Shown piece by piece: positions 53,690-64,000 of a stretch of DNA of 64,000 bases; within the stretch, counting starts at the first letter, position 1; every line of letters begins with the position of its first letter. The DNA comes from Chrysomallon squamiferum (taxonomy: Eukaryota; Animalia; Mollusca): the NCBI GenBank assembly GCA_012295275.1, contig CM022671.1:6200001-6264000 (forward strand). The letters are read 5' to 3'. Made by a program: the position numbers and the translations under genes. Below the pieces are notes generated by a model that searched no databases, was not told the origin of the DNA, and saw only the letters and a program-made list of their open reading frames with translations.

Positions 53690-54399
53690 TATATATCGTA
53701 CCTTGAAGATTTTATGTGAGCAGTCTCTTTTATAATGGAAGTAGTGTCAATCGTTCTCAAGGACGATAGGAGAAGAAATTTAAACGTTCTTCTCCTATCG
53801 TCTTTTTTTTTTTTTTTTTTTTATGCGGCGTAATTTAGTAAACGAACGCTCCCCTGTGCAGTTTGTAACCACCATACACAAATACCTGCGTAGTATTATT
53901 TCAATATTAGAAAAACATGATTGCACGTTGTGATCTCTGATGAGACTGTAATAGCCGTGTTTTCCTGATCATCAGCTGCATTAATCAGACTGAGAAGCAC
54001 TCGGATCAGTTGTGGCCCGCTTGCCAAACTCCGTTGAGAAGTACCACGAACTGCAGAAGTTCGTTTGCCAGACTGACCTCCAAATCATGTGTATACTTGT
54101 TAATGAGCGTCATCGCCGATTTTGACAGTTGCTCCTCGGACATCGACCTAAATTTTGCAAGCAGCTAAACTTGTAACTGATTTCTTCATAGGCTTGCAAA
54201 TGTTTCTTCAGTGTTTTTGCGACAAAGAAAATTTCAACAACTGTTCAAAAACGTACCTCTACACAAAATAAATATCAAAGGCTGTAGTCAAAATCGTGAT
54301 ACCCAGCGTTCTGATTAAAAAAAGAAAAGAAAAGAAGAAAAAAAAGTTGTTCCGCGGTGCCCCTGAAAGTGCGGGGCCCGTAGCATTAATCCGGCACTG
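53690..54399 (-). mobile_element. Decayed hAT-superfamily DNA transposon (C-terminal dimerisation-domain remnant and one terminus)
   Basis: Minus strand reads ..NIEIILRRYLCMVVTNCTGERSFTKLRRIK..TIGEERLN (hAT dimerisation motif ERSFSxL) and LINKYTHDLEVSLANELLQF; hAT-like end CAGTGCCGGATTAA begins at 54399. Confidence 0.8.
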
Positions 54400-55673
54400 C
54401 ACACACACAGACACACACGCGCACACACACAGTCACACACTTTTAACTAGTCGACATTACCTATCACACTTTATTTAACGTATAGGTGCAAAAATATGAA
54501 TGAGTTATTTTCAATTTCCACACATAAATTTTATATAATAATACTAAATAAATAAATAAATATATTGAGAAATATAAAATAAAAATAATATGTGGACAAA
54601 GTGTTGCGAAACACTGATGCCATTTATAATTATATACGAAATTTCCGAACGAAATTATCCGAAAACAAAAAAAGAAAGAAAAATTGTATCCTCATGGTAC
54701 CGGTTTTGACGCAGATAAGCAACAATCTCGCGTTGTGCAGAAATATTGTGATTATTGCTTTATTTGGAAGATTAAAAAAAAAAAAAAATAAATAAAAAAT
54801 CTTCTTTAAACAAAATCTTGCCCATGATTATGGTCACTTGTTATTTAATGAAGGTGTGTCAAAACCCATACCGAGACGGTATTATCTGCATGAAATGTAA
54901 TAATTTTTATAAATTAACGGGAAAATATTGTTTAAAATTACGTTGCTGTTAGACATGCTTATTTTCAAGAATGCCAAAAACACGTCTTTAAAAACAAGGT
55001 AATTTATAAATTTATATCAGTACGAAAAGATGAAACGGAAACATATATTCTGCCATTGACGTCATTTGTTTGGAATAAACAGCTTGGCGTAGTTGAAATT
55101 CTGAACTATATTTCTACAGCGTTAAATATTAACAACTAGTTACTTAGGAGACAACACTGAGTTGGTTGATTTGTGTGTTTGTTGCAGTTTTTATTAATTT
55201 TTGTTTTATTGTTCATGTTAGGTTTTGTTATGGTTTCAACTTTTTTTTTTTTTTTTTTTTTTTTTTCGTTGTTGGTTTATTTTTATTTTTATTTGTTGTT
55301 GTTGATGTATCAAATGGTCGTATCTGACTGAGGAACCTGGCTTGAAGTAACCTTTTATGGTAACTATTATGATATTTACATTCCACAGAAATAAATGCAT
55401 TTAATTTGTTTCCTTTACATTACAAACATCTGCATTTTCTTGTTTGAGTTTCGGTATTTAAAACACCGATAAATTTATGTAAGAAGAAAACGAAATTCAC
55501 GAAGCACCCAACTACGCTGAACAAGAAGGAAAACAGTATTATAAAAATCTGTCAGAATCGTCGCAGACGTGCTTCACAACAGCTTGCTCTGATTAGCACG
55601 TTAATTTTTTTCCTATTCCTATTCCTAATGTTCAACTCGTAATTAAAACGTTAAATAATAATAATAATAACAA

Positions 55674-55882
55674 CATGGCCGTAACTAGACTGGTTTTGAA
55701 ATGAGGCAAAAATCGGTTTGATGGCTGATGTCTTTGAAGTCAGATATGTCTATCATCGCAACGATGTCGGTAAACTTCAAACGATAACCGTAGACAATGA
55801 ATTCATTCAAGTGGATATCGTTTCTATCGGAATATAGATTTATATCTTATATTTTTTTAAATAAAAATCTTTGTATAAAACC

Positions 55883-55955
<73 letters not shown>

Positions 55956-56000
55956 AAAAATCGTAAATTTCTGTATGAGGCGTTTGCCTCAATGTAGTTG
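55674..56000. mobile_element. Possible hAT-type MITE remnant
   Basis: Left catggccgtaactag..tgaggca and right tgaggcgtttgcctcaatgtagtt resemble hAT MITE ends; the right end is truncated and no TSD was found. Confidence 0.3.
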
Positions 56001-56001
56001 T

Positions 56002-56067
<66 letters not shown>

Positions 56068-58012
56068 TTTTCCACATCATTTAAATTATTTCAAATTAAA
56101 ACATTTCTTCTCAAGTTTATATCTGGTAGTCACGTACATTTGGTGACCCTTGATCCCATTAACCATCACATACCAATCCTGTTCTTTAATAGTTTATTTT
56201 ACTTTTTATCAAAACAAGCTTGTACAGAGGATTTAAATTTGTTTTTACAATAATTTTTTAATACACAATGAAATAACGCACAGGAATAATTTATTTAAAT
56301 TTTTTTTCCCATTCAGTATGAAATAAATACATGCAAAATATACAGGATATCGAATGTAGTTTATTTACAAAGTTAATGAAAAACAAAAGAAATTTCGTTT
56401 CTAGCAACTATTTTACAACTTTAATGTTAATCTGTATTTTCTGTATTCTGCTTGTAACACTGATCAGTAATTAAGTAATGTCCACAATAACTGAAACAAA
56501 AAAAATTAATTTAATAATGAGATTAAACATCTGAAGTCTTTAAATAATAAATGTTTTTATTCATTACAAAACCAACATGACTTATCGTGTATCTCTACTG
56601 TTATAATTTAGTTATTGTCACACTGCAATGTGATAATAAGTGTTAGTTTTATTTATAATGATAGTGTTTTAATTTACAACTAAATGTTGAGATTTAGATA
56701 TTTATACAGTATCACTGTTTGTATGTTATAAGTTAAATAATAAATATGATTAATTTTTTATTATTATTTATTTTCCATTTGATCATTAAAAACCAGTCAC
56801 TTGGCAATACAGCTTAATATGACTCAAGTATTAAATTGGATTTCAAATTTAATTCTGATTTTTTAAATTATATTCAGACTGGTATATGAAAAATGCTTAA
56901 CATAACATATTCAACTGTATTTTAGTTATTTTCATAATAATCTGCATTGTAAGAAAAATATTTAAATTAATTTGTAGTATAATAATGATATTATAATCTT
57001 TTATGTAATTTCATTACAATGAGAATAACCAACAAATTGATGCAAGTTGTTTAATGTGAACTGTGGTTAAAAAAAAAAAAAAAAAAAAATTACTTGATGT
57101 TATTTAAGGAATAGTTAGATCTAAATTTTCTCAGTTGTTGAGGTAAGCTATTTGTTAAAAGAAATCAATAAAGACAAACCATAAATATTTTCTACAAAGT
57201 TTATTTGTAGGAAAAACATTTAAAAAAAAAAAATAATAATCGTGCAGTTATACACACAGATAGATAAATAAATGTTTTAACAAAACAAACAAAAATAAAA
57301 AATATAAAAATAAAATAAAAAGGAGTTCAATTCTAACTTTTTTTCACATTTCAGATAAATATACATATATTTGTGTGAATACTCCCATTTACCTTTTCAG
57401 CATGGAAATTAAAAAATAAAGAAGACAAGAAAACCCCCAAACATTTAAAATAACGTGTCTATGGACAAGCAAAAGATTTTTAAAAAGATTTAAAACTAAA
57501 AGATAGCCAATAAGAATGTTTTAGTTTTTTTCTGCTGTATCAGAGAAATGCAGTGCTGTCACACAGTGATACACAATACACATATTTACATTTGTACATG
57601 AATAGATGTTTATCCCCCCCACTCCCCTCACAAAAAAACAACACAAAAACAAATAGAGAAAAAAGAAAAGAAATGAAGACTTCTATACATTTAATTCTAT
57701 AAAAGCTGTTGTACACTTATTTACACATGTACTCTATTTACCTATACATATATATATATATATATATATATAAATATACACAAACTGTAAACAGTTATCT
57801 CCCTTTAAATATTTTACATAAGCTAGTATGTACATCTACCGGTATCCAAATTGTTTACTTGTGTAAGTGAATTTTTTAAAATTTTAATCAGAAAATTAAT
57901 ATTTAATTTGAAAACTGTCAAATAAAAAGTAACTTATTATGTTTTACAATAGATCAATTATTTTTGAATACATACACTGATGTTTACATACATTTTATGT
58001 ATTTAAAAACGA

Positions 58013-58050
<38 letters not shown>

Positions 58051-58362
58051 TGCTGTGGTACAATAAACTCTTTTGTGTACATATACTGTTTTAACAGTTT
58101 TAGTTTTTCAATTTCGTATTCTATTATTTTATTTTGTTTTGTTTCATTTCATTTCATTTAACTGAAGAGTATTAGTAAGTTTTTTGTTAAAGTTCAGACA
58201 GTGTGGTAACAGAATATTCTAAACACATTTTCTTCACTTCACAGCAAGTATTTTGTGTTTTATTTATTTCCACATATTAAATATTTTCTTTTAACAAGAC
58301 CTCAGTACAGAAAGAAATACCAACATTGTTTAGGCATAAATGTATTAATGTGTGAAAAAAAC

Positions 58363-58429
<67 letters not shown>

Positions 58430-59269
58430 AAAGTGTGACAATATTTTAATATGTAATAACTAATAATATAACAATAATAATAATAACAAAATAATAATAA
58501 TAATAATAATAATAATTAAATGCAGGTATTTTTCTTTCTTTTTTTTACACACACATTAAACAATTGAAACTGCAGTGTCAGAAATAAAATATGAAATAAA
58601 AAAATCAGTTTACAAATGATAAACAAACACAGGCATGTTACATCCCATAACACAGAAATTTACAAAAACCGATTTGCACTAAAAGGTTTAAAAAGTGAAA
58701 CTTAAGCTACCTTTAAAAGTATAAATAAAAACACAGCCAACATGAGGTGAAAAATAAAAAATACTGTCACCATGACAACATCTGCAGCATTACCCATGAT
58801 ACGCATGAAATAAATAGTTAAAAAATTTGTGATATCACACAATATGTACACAGTCACACAGCATTGTCACACATAGTGCATAAATACTAAACTAACACTG
58901 TTTTATTCTGCCTTGCTTGTTATCAACTCATTGCAACACTGTACTTACTCAACATTTAACCTTTCCTTCCTAACCCTATTTTTTAACACTGAACCATTTA
59001 CCTTTTAAGTCTGTTTAAAGTTTAATTTTTACTTCCTAAATCTGTTTTTAAAATTCAATTTTTTTTTTTCTTCCTAAATCTGTTTTAAGTTCAAACTATT
59101 TCTTCCTTAAGCTGTTTTTAAAATTCAACTTTTTCATCTTCCTAAATCCTTATTTAAACATTTCTGTAATTAATAAACATTACTGTTAAAGGCTGCCTTT
59201 TCCAAAGAGTATCAACCATAAATATTTAATTTTTAAATTTTTAAAATTTATTTTTTTTACATTGAAAAC

Positions 59270-59301
<32 letters not shown>

Positions 59302-59903
59302 GTTAATCTATTATGAACAAAAGAGTGTAATCAAAATGTGCATTTTAATTGTTACTATACATCTGTAATACATTCTTCTCTGTGTTGTAATCCTATAGTT
59401 TATGATAATAAAGTCATTATCAATGATTTAGGGTGTAAATTCCAGAAAAAAAAAACCAAGTTGTACAGTAATTAGTTTTGTCAACATAGGCACACAATTT
59501 TGCAAGTATAATCACTTCTTAAATAATAGCAGTAATTTGCATGTAATTAAGCTACCATGTGAAATGGAGGCTTAATAAATAATATTGCCATACTTCATGT
59601 AATTACCATGTGCACCTAAATGAACAAGATTATTATTAGTGTGTCAATTCATTCATTTGGATGCAGTGTCAAAAGCAGAAGTCTACATAAATACGTATGG
59701 AACACATTTTGCATTGTCTTACTCAATTAGTCATAATGACAGAGCAACCTACAAAAATCAGCAAAATTAGTGTACACAAGTTTTAAAAAAAAAAATGTGT
59801 TCAATGTCGGCATTTAATCACAACAATAAAACAATGCATTTTTGCAGCTGTTCATACAATTAATAAATATAATTTAATCAAATGATATTAAAAAAAAAAA
59901 AAA

Positions 59904-59934
<31 letters not shown>

Positions 59935-60602
59935 TAAACCAATAAAAGTAAAAAAAAAAAAATAGTAAAAAGAAGGCAACTTACATATGGGTTAAAAGTA
60001 AGGCGTGTATTTTGCCTGTCACCCCCCTCCCCATGAACCTTGGCTATTTGAATTTTAATCTCAGGTCATTATAATCTTTAGACAGCACTGCGTCTGAGTT
60101 TAGTCCATACAACATTAAATATAAGCGTTTAGATATTAAAATTATTAATTTGACAAATAAATTTTAAAATAATTAGTATGATTAGTCTGAAGATTCTGTT
60201 CAATGGACACATGCACTATGCCCCAACACCCAGAACTTTTTATTCTTATTAGAAAGTCAAATTTCTCTGAATTATTAACTGAAATCTATAATGTATCAGA
60301 CAGCATACTGCTTTTTTTTTTTTTTTTTTTTTTTACATGGCTACATTGGTGAAAAACTTTCTACATCTTCTCCAGACAGGTTAATTAAATAACATCAATG
60401 AACGTGTAGTTTGCACAAATTTAAAATTACTTGACTAGCACTTTACTGACCCCAGATTTACGAGAGGTAAACTCTCAAACATAGTCATAAATTTAAAAAC
60501 TAATTTAGAAGACTTGTTGTGTTTTGTAATGGAAATTTTTCATTGCAGAAATCAAAAATATAATCTGTGAAATATATCTGGTGGTAAAAATTAGGAACTC
60601 TA

Positions 60603-60641
<39 letters not shown>

Positions 60642-61274
60642 TAATAACAAATTTCTAATAATAATAATAAATATGAAATTATCACCAGTTTTTTAACACA
60701 AATGAAATTTCTTTTTTTTTTTTTATGTTTATCTAATATTTAACGTATCTACTGTTTTCTACTTGATTATCTTTTTTTATTAACTTACATTAACAAAAAT
60801 TCATTTCACTCCAGTACATTTTTAAACAGACTCAAAGTATCACTCACTGAGGTAACTGACACAAACTGATTCCATCTTGAACTGTTAAAACATTCATCAG
60901 CCAAACACATCCAGTTAAATCACACAAGAGTCATTTTAACTCATTTTTTTTTTTAACTGTTCTCAAAGGAAAAGACTGAAAGCATGCCTGTCCAGGGCAC
61001 ACTGATGTCAGAGAGATAAGAAACAAAAATGAGTCTTGGAATATTAATTTTCTGTTTATGAGTTGAGCTGGATTTAGACATGAACCAAGCAAGTAACAAC
61101 ATTTATGGCCTCCTAGTGAGAACTGACTTTCCACATTCTTCTGTTTAGTTATTACGTAAATTTCTATACATTTGTAAGATCTGTCCTCTGTGTTTGAGAA
61201 GTTCACTGATATTGTTATGTCATGTTAATATATGTTAAAACTTGCAAAAAGGTCTGTTCTCTGAACTTCCACAG

Positions 61275-61470
61275 TGGGTTTTATTTTAACAAGTGTTTCC
61301 TCTTCTTCTCTACGAATTTCATCAAACTTGTTATTTCAAACTACACTTGTCAAAGGTTTACCCTTTTTTTCTCAGAAGTTCGGTAAAGTTATTACATCTC
61401 ACTCTTTTCTACTAACACTTGTAAAATATTTTTCCTCTTCTTTTTTCTCAGAATTCCATTAAGTTGTTAT
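61275..61470. repeat. Degenerate repeat, about 3 x 60-80 bp, in the presumed RABEP1 3' UTR
   Basis: ttcctcttc..tctcagaa..aagttgtta..acacttgt motifs recur three times. Confidence 0.55.
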
Positions 61471-61590
61471 CCTATATAACACAGATACAACACAGTCCCT
61501 GTCTTTCCTTGGCTAACATTGAGACTCGGGACATGTCTAAATCTGCTCTGATGACAACTAGAAAAACGCACAGCAAGGTGAAACATAGAG

Positions 61591-64000
61591 CTAATCTGGG
61601 GTTGTTGGAGGCTCAGTGCTGAAGTAGGGAGTCGCATCTTTGACCAGAATCGTGTGGCAGACGTCGCACACCTTCGCGACGCGGTTGTTGGGTCCCTGCA
61701 CCACAGACTTGGTTATACACTCCGTACAGAATATTCTACCACAGTGCTTGCAGTGATGCTGAAAGTAAGTAAATAAGTAAATAAATAAATAAATATGATG
61801 ATGATGGTAATGATAATGATGATGTTGGTAATAATAATAATAATCATAACATTAACATTAACAATAATAATAATAATTAAAAAAATATAAATTATAGTAA
61901 TAATAACAATAACAATAATAATATAGAAATAGTAATAATTACAGTAATGACAGTTAGTTATACTATAACAAGGATAATAATAACTGGTATGATGATGATG
62001 ATGATGGTGGTGGTTTACAAAATGATAATTATTATAATAATACTTATACTTATGTTGATGGTAACTACACTGAAATAATGTTTTATATGAAGTAACAATA
62101 ACAATAATAAATAAAAAAATATATAATAATAATAGATAAATAAATATATAAATAAAGAAATAAAATAAATTAACTAAATTATATATAAATATATATAAAT
62201 AAATAATTAAATAAAACACCTTGCGCCGGGTGACGCTAAAAGCTTGTTTACAGTTGTTACAGTCGTCAACATCGTCTTCATGTTGCCACCGAACTTCTGT
62301 CTCTGCCTGTCTTATCTTCTCTAACTGAATCTAAACACAACAACACAACATTTTATAAATAAATACTTTACAAAAACTTAACTACCTACACCCTCAAACT
62401 AGTAACAACGAAGAGTAAGAATAGTAAAAAAAAAAAAAAAAAAAAAAGGAGTAAAAAAGACATAACCAACATATCCACACACAAAAAACTTAATATTAAA
62501 ACGATACTGTTATAAAGTGACAGAAAGTAAATAAATGATTCTTTTTATCAGTAACTGGTTATGTGTAAGCATGAATTTCTAAATTGCCTGCAGTAACTAG
62601 TTACCTGTGATTTAATCAGTGACTAAATTATCCAGTGGTTTATGTCAGACTAAATTACTTGTAACCAATGATTTACATCACTGACTAAATTACCTGTAAC
62701 AATGGTTTTACTTGTAACCAATGATTTACATCACTGACTAAATTACCTGTAACAATGGTTTACATCAGTGACTAAATTACCTGTAACCAGCGATTTACGT
62801 CAGTTACTAAATTACCTGTAACCAGTGATTTACATCAGTGACTAAATTACCTGTAGTGACTGTGACAGTTTCACAAAGTCACGTTGAACTGCCTCGCTGT
62901 TATCCAGGTCAGTTTGCAGTGAGTAAATCTGAGTTTTCAGTGACTGAATTTCATTTTCCAATTTCGACTGATTCCAAAAAAAACAAAAAAAATAAACAAT
63001 TAATTTGTAACAGCAAGATTAAAAATAACATGCATATCTGAAATTTTAATTAACAAAACATTTTATATGATTCACAGTAAACTGCATATCTTTAAAATTC
63101 ATTGAAAAAAATCAGTCATTAATAGTCTTTAGGACAGAGCTTTGAAAAAAAATGGTTCCAGCCTAATTCACTGTCAACAACATGATATAAAAATAAAAAT
63201 AAAATAAGAGAAAGAGAGAGAGATAGAGAGAAAGAGAGAGAGAGAGAGATACCGAGACAGAGAGAGATACACACACATACACAGACAAACAGACATATAC
63301 CTTTGTGTTGCCGTGTTCTTCGACTCTCTGCTGCAGACACTGTATGAGTTGTCTGGACTTGGCCTGGACACTTTTTAGCGAATGTTCCGCTTCTCTCAGT
63401 TTACTCTCACACTCAGCACGCACAGATGACTCTCTCTCTAGTTCTGACTTGATGCTTTCATTACATGCTGCAAATACACGCCATTTCAGTTACTTTAAGT
63501 CTTTGTCATATCTATATATGTATAAACTAGGTTATATCCTGGACTTCTGGTAAGTTATGTATAACACTGAAGTGTGTGGGTGTCAGTGTTTAAAAGAAGT
63601 GACAGATCTGACACTGAAATGACTACTGCAGAATATGTACTTCTCTCATAATGCTAAATATTTTAAAAGTTTGTTTTATATGGATAAAAATTTTACATAA
63701 AAAGACAACAGTTCTGAAAGTCATTTACAGTCACGAGGTTTTCTATTTTATTTTTTATTTTTTCATTACTATTTTTTTTTTTACTTTTTTTTTTTATTTG
63801 TTAATCATTTATGCTATTTTATGTTATTTATTTCGTTTATTTTTTATGTTATGTTGTGTTATGTTTACAAAGCACACTGACCTAGTTTTTCTTGAAGGGC
63901 GTGCAACTCATTGGTCAGTGTTTCCTCAATAGTTGTCTTCTCCTGCTGCTCACTGACGACCTGGTCTTTGAGAAAAAGAATTTCACTGTGCAGCGACTCC
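61591..64000 (-). CDS. RABEP1: Rabaptin-5 / Rab GTPase-binding effector protein 1 with C-terminal FYVE domain, last 5 coding exons (5' part outside the window)
   Basis: Exons >64000-63882, 63467-63301, 62967-62851, 62330-62220, 61758-61591; all GT-AG and phase-consistent. SEILFLKDQV..EETL and LQTDLDNSEAVQRDFVKLSQSLQIQLEKIRQ match the Rabaptin Rab5-binding region; RWQHEDD..CNNC..RRKHHCKHCGRIFC..KVCDVC is a FYVE finger. Confidence 0.92.
62600..62855 (-). repeat. Tandem array of a RABEP1 exon/intron donor junction, about 35-bp unit, about 7 copies
   Basis: Minus-strand unit tacag|gtaatttagtcactgatgtaaatcactggt = last 5 exon nt + 30 intron nt; copies decay with distance from the exon. Confidence 0.9.

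Noticed and set aside
53762-53822. Hairpin plus T-run resembling an intrinsic terminator
   Set aside because: The sequence is eukaryotic and lies within a decayed transposase; template switching and homopolymer expansion explain it better.

Overview
AT-rich, microsatellite-dense animal DNA with GT-AG introns; a mollusc, probably a gastropod, is inferred from gene content and SINE-like remnants. Left to right it contains: (1) two tandem intronless 710-aa Toll-like receptor genes on the - strand, about 96% identical, inside a segmental duplication offset by about 7.6 kb; (2) an unrecognised 2-3 exon gene on the - strand (15297-13019) whose reading frame needs a cryptic intron or a frameshift; (3) a complete 7-exon SH2B/Lnk/APS adaptor gene on the + strand (19260-45439, 587 aa), whose intron 4 holds a 2.85-kb deleted Sola2-like DNA transposon with 624-bp inverted arms; (4) a decayed hAT transposon; (5) the last five coding exons of a FYVE-bearing Rabaptin-5 (RABEP1) gene on the - strand. 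The most unusual signal is that three of the four main minisatellite arrays sit exactly on functional splice junctions. Two are amplified copies of the junction itself: 16 upstream copies of an SH2B acceptor and about 7 units at a RABEP1 donor. All exon models, counts and comparisons were done by eye; no database searches were run.
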